From positions 1-51,280 of the IMG/VR virus record IMGVR_UViG_3300032327_000957: a stretch of 51,280 nucleotides of DNA. One strand, 5' to 3'. The stretch's first letter is position 1, and each line of letters starts with the position of its first letter. Below the pieces are notes generated by a model. The model was not told the DNA's origin. It ran no database searches and saw only the letters and a program-made list of their open reading frames with translations. Positions 30,147 to 38,993 of the stretch are shown piece after piece. The DNA comes from a virus. Taxonomy: Duplodnaviria; Caudoviricetes. The position numbers were made by a program, and so were the translations under genes.

Positions 30147-30175
30147 AAAAACCCGAACTTAGTTCGGGTTTTTTT
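30145..30175. terminator. Bidirectional terminator
   Basis: AAAAAAACCCGAAC-TTA-GTTCGGGTTTTTTT; same family as the 5959 hairpin. Confidence 0.85.
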
Positions 30176-30956
30176 ATTCATCATCATCGAAAGTTTGTTC
30201 AAAAGTACATAATAAAGAAGATATATCGTCTTTTATTACAATAAAAGTTTCAAATAATAAAAATTCTACTCCATCAGTTTCCATATTTATATTACTTAAA
30301 TATTTCTTAGTAAAGAATAATTGACTATTTTTAGAATTAACATTATCTACTTCAATTTCCCATTTACCTGTTTCATATAAAGTAACAATTCCATCTTTAA
30401 TATTAATATTAAAGATTTTTTCTTCCGAATTTATAGAACTTAATTTCTTAATTGAAATCAAATCTTCTATAGATACATTAAATCTAGATTTTGCTTTAGT
30501 TGGATTAAATCTACTTTCTATTGCTTCATAAGAAATATCTTTAATCTTAGAATCCTCTCCACCTACATATGATAATTTCAATTTATTATTTATAAATTGA
30601 CAAGATCTGACTTGACAAACTTCATTTTCAATTTCTCTAAAATTTAAATCCATTTTAACATCATATTCTAAATTCATTATTTTTAAATTCTTAATAAATT
30701 TATTAGTAGATACTAAAATGAAATGGTATTCTTTATCATCAACTCCGTCAATATATTCCGATGTATCTAAGTTAAAATACTTCATAGCTAAAATTGAGCC
30801 TGTATTATCATCCGTAGTTGATACTACAGAATACATAAATATTTTTTCTGATGTTATTTTTAATTTCAGAACATCATCAATATTTGATAGTTCGTTAAGT
30901 TTTTGTATAAAATCTGTAAAATTGTCTTTTTTTATTTTTAGTGATATTTTAGCCAT
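30174..30956 (-). CDS. Putative DNA polymerase sliding clamp (gp45/PCNA-like)
   Basis: 260 aa with two-domain beta-alpha-beta pattern and acidic tail; no diagnostic motif. Confidence 0.45.
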   Translation of the reverse strand: MAKISLKIKKDNFTDFIQKLNELSNIDDVLKLKITSEKIFMYSVVSTTDDNTGSILAMKYFNLDTSEYIDGVDDKEYHFILVSTNKFIKNLKIMNLEYDVKMDLNFREIENEVCQVRSCQFINNKLKLSYVGGEDSKIKDISYEAIESRFNPTKAKSRFNVSIEDLISIKKLSSINSEEKIFNINIKDGIVTLYETGKWEIEVDNVNSKNSQLFFTKKYLSNINMETDGVEFLLFETFIVIKDDISSLLCTFEQTFDDDE

Positions 30957-30968
30957 ATTATTATAATT

Positions 30969-31256
30969 TTAATAATTATTAAGTTTTTTCTTTAGTAATT
31001 CGGTTGTTATTTTAATTTCATTATCTATATCAGTTATATTATCTAATATAGTCTGTATTTTAAATTCTCTAATAAATGATTGAGGGATTAGTTTTCCCCA
31101 TCTTCTAGTTTTAGGTGCTTTATACTCTATAAAAATAGTTTCACTAAGTTTAGTTATTCTAATTATTTCTGTATTAATTTTTGGTTCAATTAAAGAATAT
31201 TTTAATCCCATTAATATTTCTAATTTAGAAAGGTCTCCTATTATTTCAAACTTCAT
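30969..31256 (-). CDS. Hypothetical protein
   Basis: 95 aa; contains REFKIQTIL. Confidence 0.45.
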   Translation of the reverse strand: MKFEIIGDLSKLEILMGLKYSLIEPKINTEIIRITKLSETIFIEYKAPKTRRWGKLIPQSFIREFKIQTILDNITDIDNEIKITTELLKKKLNNY

Positions 31257-31317
31257 TTTTATTTTTTTATTATATAAAAAATTATTATGTTTGTTTTATA
31301 AATTAATATATAATGTC

Positions 31318-32064
31318 ATGATAAAGATTAAATCTCTTTTTATTAGTGATATACATTTGGGTAATCCTAATTCTCAACCTGAGAAATTATTAGAAGTATT
31401 TAAAAAATATGAGTTTGAAAATCTATTTATAATAGGTGATTTTATAGATTTAACTTTCTTAAAAAGAAAGTATTATTGGAATCAAAATCATTCAACAGTA
31501 ATACAAAAAGTTCTTCGTTATGATAGAAAAGGTATTAATGTTGTTTATATCTTAGGAAATCATGATCATTATTTAAGAACTTTAATTGAGAATTCTTCAT
31601 TAGGAGAAGTTAAATCAATTAAATTAGGAAATATAGTTATATGTGATGAATATATTTATCAAACAATTAGTAATGAAAAAATATACATGACACATGGGGA
31701 TTGTTTTGATGGCTTTATAAGGGTTCATCCTTTTTTATATTGGTTGGGGGATACTGCTTATGAGTTTTCTATAAAAATAAATAAAATTTATAATTTTATT
31801 AGAAAAATTTTTGGATTAGAGTATTGGAGTTTATCAGCATACTTAAAAATTCATGTTAAAAGTATTTTAAGCTTCTTATCCGAGTACAAAAAAATTTCTC
31901 AGGAAAAGCTTAAAAATGAAAAATGTGATTCGTTAATGATGGGACATATACATAGTCCTTCTTTAGATAAAGGAAATTACTACAATTGTGGGGATTTTGT
32001 AGAGGCATGTTCTTATATTATAGAAGATTTAGAAGGAAATTTAGAATTAAAATATTGTAAATAA
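31318..32064 (+). CDS. Calcineurin-like metallophosphoesterase (LpxH / UDP-2,3-diacylglucosamine hydrolase-like)
   Basis: SDIHLG, GDFID, GNHD, HGD, GHIH, NCGDF motifs. Confidence 0.85.
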   Translation: MIKIKSLFISDIHLGNPNSQPEKLLEVFKKYEFENLFIIGDFIDLTFLKRKYYWNQNHSTVIQKVLRYDRKGINVVYILGNHDHYLRTLIENSSLGEVKSIKLGNIVICDEYIYQTISNEKIYMTHGDCFDGFIRVHPFLYWLGDTAYEFSIKINKIYNFIRKIFGLEYWSLSAYLKIHVKSILSFLSEYKKISQEKLKNEKCDSLMMGHIHSPSLDKGNYYNCGDFVEACSYIIEDLEGNLELKYCK

Positions 32065-32089
32065 TATACTTTAAAAAATAATAAACATC

Positions 32090-33049
32090 ATGAAAATTCT
32101 CTATGGAATAAATGGGACAGGAAATGGGCATATAACTAAATCATTGAGTATTATTTCAAACTTAAACAAATTAGGTTATAAAAATATAGATATTCTTATC
32201 TCAGGTAATAATCACTCATTAAACATACCTTTTAAATACAAATTTCATGGATTTTCACTTAAATATAATCAATATGGATCTATTGATTATATAAAAACAT
32301 TTAAAGATTTAAAACCTTTTCAATTCTTAAAAGACTTAAAATTAGACTTATCTAAGTATGACAAAATCATTACTGATTTTGAACCAATTACAGCATGGGC
32401 TTGTAAAAAACAAAATATAGATTGTTTAGGTATATCGCATCAATATTCATTTACATCTGATAAATCTCCACGTCCAAAAAATAAAAGTTATTTTGGTGAG
32501 TTTATTCTTAAAAATATGGCTCCAGTAAGTAATGAAATAGGGCTTCATTTTAAAAAATATGATGATAATATTTTATATCCTATCATAAGAGATGAGATTA
32601 TGTATTCAAAGCCAACAAAAGGTGGAGTTTATACAGTTTATTTACCATCTTATTCATTGAATAAGTTATTACCTATTTTATCTAAATATAATGCTGTTTT
32701 TGAGATTTTTTCAAAAGAAATTAATACAACTAAGATATATAGAAACTGTATTTTAAAACCAAACTCAATAAAAGATTTTACAAAATCTTTTATAAATTGT
32801 AGAGGAATTATAACTTCTGCAGGATTTGAAACTCCTTCTGAAGCAATGTTTATGAAAAAGAAATTAATGTGTATTCCTATATTAGGACAATATGAACAAT
32901 TATGTAATGCAGAATCTCTGAAAGAGTTAGGGGTTATGGTTAAATATGATTTATCAGAATTAGATACTTTTATTCATAATAAACCTAAGTATAAGTTTGA
33001 ATGGGAAGATCCTATGAAAGATGTTATTAAAACTATTTTAACGACCTAA
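32090..33049 (+). CDS. GT-B glycosyltransferase (MJ1255/VC2487-like)
   Basis: MKILYGINGTGNGH, ITDFEP, AGFETPSEA, GQYEQLCNA. Confidence 0.85.
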   Translation: MKILYGINGTGNGHITKSLSIISNLNKLGYKNIDILISGNNHSLNIPFKYKFHGFSLKYNQYGSIDYIKTFKDLKPFQFLKDLKLDLSKYDKIITDFEPITAWACKKQNIDCLGISHQYSFTSDKSPRPKNKSYFGEFILKNMAPVSNEIGLHFKKYDDNILYPIIRDEIMYSKPTKGGVYTVYLPSYSLNKLLPILSKYNAVFEIFSKEINTTKIYRNCILKPNSIKDFTKSFINCRGIITSAGFETPSEAMFMKKKLMCIPILGQYEQLCNAESLKELGVMVKYDLSELDTFIHNKPKYKFEWEDPMKDVIKTILTT

Positions 33050-33523
33050 ATAATTCATTAAATCAATAATATTCTTGATTGCATAACTAAATGAATCTAA
33101 ATTTTTTGAACATGACCTAAGAAATTCTATATGATTTTCAATTAGTTCTAATGTTCTTTGATTTTCTGCTATATGACCTTCAATTAACATTATTTTTTCA
33201 CCTGTATTAGTTTTTAATGGAGAAGAAACTGCATACAATATAAATTTATCTTGTTTTAATCTTTTAAGGTGGGTATCTTCTTTTGATCTCTTAGATAAGA
33301 AAAGAGATATTTGTTCCATAATTATTTGTTTATATGAAAGAGCTAGTGCTTGGTTTTCCATGATACAATCAGGACTTGTTAATTTTTCTTTAAGAACATC
33401 AAATAGAGGATTGATTTTTCCATTCCATTCATTCATTCTTGTTTGAAAGAAGTCTTCCATTGCTTGGTTCTTTTCAGAGCATTTTTTAATTCTATCTAAT
33501 TCTTCTTGAGTATATAAATTCAT
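33038..33523 (-). CDS. Putative recombination mediator (UvsY-like)
   Basis: 161-aa helical protein ending SFSYAIKNIIDL, like the UvsY C-terminus; UvsX and UvsW present. Confidence 0.5.
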   Translation of the reverse strand: MNLYTQEELDRIKKCSEKNQAMEDFFQTRMNEWNGKINPLFDVLKEKLTSPDCIMENQALALSYKQIIMEQISLFLSKRSKEDTHLKRLKQDKFILYAVSSPLKTNTGEKIMLIEGHIAENQRTLELIENHIEFLRSCSKNLDSFSYAIKNIIDLMNYLGR

Positions 33524-33547
33524 AACATTATATATTTATATTTAAAT

Positions 33548-33578
33548 TTTGTTATTACAATTTTTTTATTTATCTTTG
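33548..33578 (+). promoter_or_regulatory. Bacteroidota sigma-A promoter (-33/-7)
   Basis: TTTG (33548) - 19 nt - TATCTTTG (33571), 15 nt before the AlaRS-like start. Confidence 0.75.
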
Positions 33579-33593
33579 TAAAAATATAAAAAT

Positions 33594-34436
33594 ATGAATG
33601 TAAAAGAAAAATATAAAGAATATTGCCTATCAAAAGGAATTAATTTTGAATTGATTGATAAAGTTAATTCATATGATAATACCACTATTTTTTGTCCTGC
33701 TGGAATGCAAAAGTTTAAAGATAAATTTAAAGATTTGGATTATACAGGAACGGAAGCTAATATACAAAGTTGTATTAGAATGAATGATTTTGAAGAAATT
33801 GGAGATAGTTCCCATTTATTATATTTTAATATGATCGGATTATTTAGTTTTCGTCAAATGTCTATTCAAGAAGCTATTGATTTTTGGTGTGATTTTTTGA
33901 TAAATCAGTTAGACTTAAAAATTGGTTATATAACAATCCATAAAGATAAATACGATGAATGGAAACATTTTTATTCTAAATGGAATCTACAAACTAGGAT
34001 TAGTGAAGATTGTATTTGGTCAGATGGTGAAATAGGCGGTTATTGTACTGAGTTTTTTATTAATGATATAGAAATAGGAAATATAGTTAATCCGTTAGGA
34101 ACATCAATTGATGTAGGCTTCGGTTTAGAGAGGATTGAGATGTTTGTGAATAATAAAGTAATTGATAAAGAAACTACTTTAAGAGAATCTATATTAAAAA
34201 TTATTGATAGTGGATTTATTCCATCAAATACAAAAGGTGGATATGTATTAAGAAAGCTTCTTAGGGAAGCTTTCAAATTAAACATTCATATAGACCATGA
34301 GTTTTATGATGCTGAAGTTAAAAGACAAACTAAAATAGTAGAAAGATACAATCGCTTAAAAGATAAGCACAAAGATATGCCTAAAGAATGGTGGTATGAT
34401 ACTCATGGTATTATTATAGATGATTTAAGTTTTTAA
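33594..34436 (+). CDS. Miniature alanyl-tRNA synthetase-like protein (aminoacylation module only)
   Basis: FCPAGMQKFK, QSCIRMND, HLLYFNMIGLFSF, EIGNIV, IDVGFGLERI, PSNTKGGYVLRKLLR, YDTHG; only 280 aa. Confidence 0.88.
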   Translation: MNVKEKYKEYCLSKGINFELIDKVNSYDNTTIFCPAGMQKFKDKFKDLDYTGTEANIQSCIRMNDFEEIGDSSHLLYFNMIGLFSFRQMSIQEAIDFWCDFLINQLDLKIGYITIHKDKYDEWKHFYSKWNLQTRISEDCIWSDGEIGGYCTEFFINDIEIGNIVNPLGTSIDVGFGLERIEMFVNNKVIDKETTLRESILKIIDSGFIPSNTKGGYVLRKLLREAFKLNIHIDHEFYDAEVKRQTKIVERYNRLKDKHKDMPKEWWYDTHGIIIDDLSF

Positions 34437-34478
34437 AGAATGAGTAATTTTTTATATATAAAAATAAAAAAATTATAT

Positions 34479-34970
34479 ATGACACAATTATCAAAAAATT
34501 TATCCTTACAAGAGGTTACTAATTCAGATACTGCTAAAAGATTAGGAATATCTAATACCCCAACAGGAAAACATTTAGAAAATCTAAAATTAGTAGCAGA
34601 AAATGTTTTCCAAAAAATAAGAGACCATTTTGGCAAACCTATAAATGTATCTTCAGGTTATAGATCAGCTGCCTTAAATGAAGCTACACCTGGTTCATCT
34701 GCAACTTCTCAACATTCAACAGGAGAAGCATTAGATCTTGATATGGATTCCATAAATAATGGAGTAACAAATAGAATGATTTTTGAATATATCAAAGATA
34801 ACTTAAAATTTGACCAATTAATAGCAGAATATCCAGAAAATGGAAATCCTAGTTGGGTTCATGTAAGTTATTCTTCTAGTGGAAAACAAAGAAATCAAAT
34901 CTTAGTTTGTAAAAGAAAAAATGGAAGTCCTAGTTATAGTCCATTTGCTAGTTTAAATGATTTAAAATAA
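34479..34970 (+). CDS. Peptidase M15 family (D-Ala-D-Ala metallopeptidase; endolysin-like)
   Basis: SSGYRS, SQHSTGEALD, WVHVS zinc-binding motifs. Confidence 0.88.
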   Translation: MTQLSKNLSLQEVTNSDTAKRLGISNTPTGKHLENLKLVAENVFQKIRDHFGKPINVSSGYRSAALNEATPGSSATSQHSTGEALDLDMDSINNGVTNRMIFEYIKDNLKFDQLIAEYPENGNPSWVHVSYSSSGKQRNQILVCKRKNGSPSYSPFASLNDLK

Positions 34971-34996
34971 AAAAAAGAGGCGAAAGCCTCTTTTTT
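34969..34996. terminator. Bidirectional terminator
   Basis: AAAAAAGAGGC-GAAA-GCCTCTTTTTT. Confidence 0.88.
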
Positions 34997-35561
34997 AATT
35001 TATCTTAGCATATACATCACATAAACTTTTTTCATTTCTTAAAAACATTGTATATATAAGGTCATAGCCTTTTTTAGTATAATCTATATTTTCTTTTAAA
35101 CTTCTATCTTGTTTTAAGAATATGTAATCATAATCATTATTATTCATAGCATCTAATAATTTAGATGCTATTTTATTATTTCTAAATTCTGATTTAACAG
35201 ATATAGCTTCTAATTCAATTCCTTTTAAATTATCAAATTTATTTATATCTTGATAATATTCGATTCTAAAACTAGGATCATGTTGTTTAAATTTTTCAAT
35301 ATCTTTTGAAATTTCACTTTCATAACATATAGCAGCACCTAATGGATAATTAGTATCATCTAAAGCTATTAATGATAATTTAGGATTTCCTTTATCTCTA
35401 ATATCTTTAAAAATATAATTGTATGGAACTTGTGGTAAAGATTTATGTAATTCTTCTGTACATAAAGTAACTGCGTCTAAGTACTCTTTATTATCTAAGT
35501 TAGATTTTACATTAAAAAATTTATTTGATTGAAAGTCTTCAAAAAGTCTTATATATTTCAT
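34995..35561 (-). CDS. GNAT family acetyltransferase with leader motif
   Basis: ISVKSEFRNNKIASKLL (motif A), YTKKGY; starts MKYIRLFEDF. Confidence 0.7.
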   Translation of the reverse strand: MKYIRLFEDFQSNKFFNVKSNLDNKEYLDAVTLCTEELHKSLPQVPYNYIFKDIRDKGNPKLSLIALDDTNYPLGAAICYESEISKDIEKFKQHDPSFRIEYYQDINKFDNLKGIELEAISVKSEFRNNKIASKLLDAMNNNDYDYIFLKQDRSLKENIDYTKKGYDLIYTMFLRNEKSLCDVYAKIN

Positions 35562-35569
35562 ATTTTTAA

Positions 35570-36229
35570 TTATTTTTCAATACTATTTGCTTTTTCCCAA
35601 ATATCTCTTAAAGTAGGATATTTACTAATATCATTTACTACATATTCTTCAGCACCTCCGTATAACTGATAATCTGCTCCTGTAAATGATATTATATTTT
35701 TATTTTTTATATTAGCGTAATATAACATTATTGGAACTAATGCATCTGTTATTTTACAATTTTTACAAGCATCCTTAAAGTTTATATGTTTTCTTAGACA
35801 TATAAACACAAATTTTTCTACATCTATGATGTCATCATTAATTTCAATTGTATCAACACCATATTTTGAAAAATATGGTGTATAAACTTTTTTAATTATT
35901 TTCTTTAAATCTTTATTATCCTCAAAGTATTCTCTAAGGTCATTAAAAACATAATTATCAAAGTATAATAAATCTTTATAATCATAAATGATACCATTCA
36001 CATCATCACCATATTCTCTAGCATGACCAATATAGTCAGCCATAAAACATTGATTAAATAATATACGATCATATGGATCACTACCCCCACGATATAGTAT
36101 ATTATATTTAAATACTAATGAATCTGTTTTATTTAAAAAAGTATCATAATCATTTCCTTTAGCTATTTTATAAAAAGGGTCTAAGTTAAGATTATTTAAG
36201 AAGGTTTCAAAAAGTCTTATATATCTCAT
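35570..36229 (-). CDS. Hypothetical protein with leader motif; possible ADP-ribosyltransferase-like fold
   Basis: Starts MRYIRLFETF; LYRG...AREYG...EEYVV pattern. Confidence 0.45.
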   Translation of the reverse strand: MRYIRLFETFLNNLNLDPFYKIAKGNDYDTFLNKTDSLVFKYNILYRGGSDPYDRILFNQCFMADYIGHAREYGDDVNGIIYDYKDLLYFDNYVFNDLREYFEDNKDLKKIIKKVYTPYFSKYGVDTIEINDDIIDVEKFVFICLRKHINFKDACKNCKITDALVPIMLYYANIKNKNIISFTGADYQLYGGAEEYVVNDISKYPTLRDIWEKANSIEK

Positions 36230-36289
36230 AATTATAGTATATTATATATATCATGATCTTGCATGAATTCAAATTTTTTACTTATCAAT

Positions 36290-37174
36290 TTATATCTTCT
36301 TATCAAAAATATAAACATCAAACATTTTATTACCTTTAACACCTTTAATATTTTTTAAATCACTACCTGATATGGAATCGAGAGTTTTAAATACCCCTAA
36401 ATTTTTACCTTTTTCATCAATTAGTTTTGCGGTATTTCCAGGTCTTCCCATAGCTCCTAATATAACAATATATTGATTACCATAAACACTTTTTAAGAAA
36501 GATATTCTAACATTTGCTATATCCTTAACATTATTTAAATAAGGACATTCTAATGGTTCATCCATATTTAATTTAGTTCCTGTTGATTTAACTTTTACTG
36601 ATACAAAAGCATTTTTTTGATCATCTAATACAATCTTTTCTTTATTTTGTATTTCTTCTGATTTAACCAAACTTTGTTGATTTCTTCTTATTTCATTAAA
36701 ATCTGCTTTAGCAATTATACCACCCTTCATTCCTTTATCATTCATATTATATCCACTTGGAGGAAGTCTATAAAACGAACCTGTGAATGTAATTGAGAGA
36801 ACTCTGTCTAATCTAAACATTCTCCATATTTTCTCAACATGTCTATTGTTAGATATAGACCAACCTTTTAAGTGATAACCTCTTATTAATATATTACCTA
36901 TACTTGATTTTCCTATAACAAGAGGATATATTACTCTTTCATGCCCTTTTGGGGCATTATCTTTTTTACCTTTGTAAGTTACTAAGAATATCATACCATA
37001 TTTTATGGCTTTTTCTATTAATTCTTGAGTTGGTTTAATAGGTTTATTAACTTCTATTCCTTCTATACCATTATTGTTTTTTAATTGAAAACGAGGTATA
37101 TACTCAGTATCTTCATTGATTTTTTGGTATAAAATGTATTCAACAGGTTTTATGTTTATATTAAATAAGTTCAT
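36290..37174 (-). CDS. WYL-domain protein
   Basis: ERVIYPLVIG...LIRGY...WRMFRLDRV. Confidence 0.7.
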   Translation of the reverse strand: MNLFNINIKPVEYILYQKINEDTEYIPRFQLKNNNGIEGIEVNKPIKPTQELIEKAIKYGMIFLVTYKGKKDNAPKGHERVIYPLVIGKSSIGNILIRGYHLKGWSISNNRHVEKIWRMFRLDRVLSITFTGSFYRLPPSGYNMNDKGMKGGIIAKADFNEIRRNQQSLVKSEEIQNKEKIVLDDQKNAFVSVKVKSTGTKLNMDEPLECPYLNNVKDIANVRISFLKSVYGNQYIVILGAMGRPGNTAKLIDEKGKNLGVFKTLDSISGSDLKNIKGVKGNKMFDVYIFDKKI

Positions 37175-37240
37175 ATTTTGTATATATTAAAATCTAAACA
37201 TTTAATTATAATAATATATAATAGAAAAATAAATACTTTA

Positions 37241-38968
37241 ATGAAGTTTAGGTATGATAAAAACACTGAAAAATTGATAGTAAGTGATTCAACAAGAACC
37301 GAATATCATCAAATAAAAATTTGGTTAGAAAGACACGTAAAAGGTTACCGTTTCATGCCTGCATTTAAAATGGGAGTATGGAATGGGAAAGAATCATATT
37401 TTGATGATGGTAAGGTTAATATGGGACTATGGAAAGAATGTTTAAAGGCTTGTAAAGAAATAGGAGTTAAATTTGAAATAGAAAATAAAGAAGAATTTCC
37501 TTTAGATAGAGATATAAATATAGATGATTTAGTCGATTTTTGTGATGATTTTTTTCAAAATCATCAAGTAAGAAATAAAGAAGGTCAATGGATAGATTTT
37601 AGACCTCATGATTATCAAGTAGATACTGCTTTTAAGATTCTTAAAAATAGATATTGTATGGCAGAAGTAGCTACATCAGGTGGTAAATCTTTAGTTATTG
37701 CTTTAGTTATATTTTATATACTTAAAAATGTAAATCCTGATGCTAAATTTTTGATTATAGTTCCTTCTATAACATTAGTAACACAATTTTATGATGATAT
37801 TATTTCATATTATTATGGACAAAATAATATACAAAATTCATTTGATTATACTTATGAAATAGAATTAGAAAATGGTGATGTTATTATGAAAAATCCTAAT
37901 GATAAAATCACTATTGATAAAAAAGGAGAAATTGATGTAATTAAATTAACAGATAAACATAAAATAGATGGGATTGCTATTAAAAGAATTATTAAAAATA
38001 AATTAGATAAACCTTTAAGAATAGAAGAAATAATGAGTGATAAACCTAGAAAATTTTCAGGAGTAGAAAGCCCTAATATTTATATTGGTTGTTATCAATC
38101 ATTAGAAAAATGGCCTAAATCTTTCTTTCAACAATTTTATATGGTTGCTTGTGATGAAGCACATGGTTCAAAATCAACTACCGTTAAAGCAATTTTGAAA
38201 AAAACATTTGGAGCAGCTCATATTAGATATGGGGTATCAGGTACATTCCCGTCTGATGATACATTAGAAATATTAACTATTCAATCAGTATTAGGTCCAA
38301 AAGTAACACAAATTGATGCGGATACATTAGTTAAAAGAGGTAATATAACTCCGATGAGTATTAAGGTACTTTTATTAAATCATGATGATAAGAATTTTAA
38401 TACTTCATTAAATATAGCAAAAAGATCAGGAATTGGTAAAGATGTTTTTAATTTTGAAAAACAATGGATACAAAATTCAGAAAAGAGATTGAATTTTATT
38501 TATAAAATAATAGAAAAGTGTGAAGCAAATACATTGATATTATTTCATACTATAGAATATGGGCATAAGATTTTAGATAAAATAAAAACTATTAGTGGTA
38601 AAGATTTTTATTATATTGATGGAGAAATAAATAATAAGAGTAGAGAAGAGATTAAAAAACAAATGGAAATTACAAAAGATAATGTAAAAGTTCTTGTGGC
38701 TTCATATGGAACTCTTTCAACAGGTGTATCAATAAATGCAATTACTAATGTTATATTTGCGGATTCATTTAAGTCAGAACAGATTGTAATTCAATCAATA
38801 GGTAGGGCTTTAAGAAAACATGAAGATAAGAAAGTAGCAAATATATTTGATTTAGTTGATATATTTGATTCTTCTATGAGTAATATATTATATAAACATT
38901 TTTTAGAGCGAGAAGGTTTTTATAAAAAGCGTAAATATCCGTATAAGATAGTTAAAATTAACTTATAA
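37241..38968 (+). CDS. uvsW: SF2 DNA helicase (T4 UvsW-like)
   Basis: DYQ, ATSGGKS, IVPSITLVTQ, DEAH, GVSGT, STGVSI, QSIGRALR; start probably ATG 37241. Confidence 0.92.
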   Translation: MKFRYDKNTEKLIVSDSTRTEYHQIKIWLERHVKGYRFMPAFKMGVWNGKESYFDDGKVNMGLWKECLKACKEIGVKFEIENKEEFPLDRDINIDDLVDFCDDFFQNHQVRNKEGQWIDFRPHDYQVDTAFKILKNRYCMAEVATSGGKSLVIALVIFYILKNVNPDAKFLIIVPSITLVTQFYDDIISYYYGQNNIQNSFDYTYEIELENGDVIMKNPNDKITIDKKGEIDVIKLTDKHKIDGIAIKRIIKNKLDKPLRIEEIMSDKPRKFSGVESPNIYIGCYQSLEKWPKSFFQQFYMVACDEAHGSKSTTVKAILKKTFGAAHIRYGVSGTFPSDDTLEILTIQSVLGPKVTQIDADTLVKRGNITPMSIKVLLLNHDDKNFNTSLNIAKRSGIGKDVFNFEKQWIQNSEKRLNFIYKIIEKCEANTLILFHTIEYGHKILDKIKTISGKDFYYIDGEINNKSREEIKKQMEITKDNVKVLVASYGTLSTGVSINAITNVIFADSFKSEQIVIQSIGRALRKHEDKKVANIFDLVDIFDSSMSNILYKHFLEREGFYKKRKYPYKIVKINL

Positions 38969-38993
38969 AAAATCCCCTTAAAGGGGATTTTTT
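38967..38993. terminator. Bidirectional terminator
   Basis: AAAAAATCCCCT-TAA-AGGGGATTTTTT. Confidence 0.85.

Noticed and set aside
5959-30175. Similar hairpins ACCCGA..CTTAG..TCGGGT at 5959 and 30145 as a mobile repeat or CRISPR repeat
   Set aside because: Only two copies 24 kb apart, each between convergent genes with A/T tails; terminators explain them.
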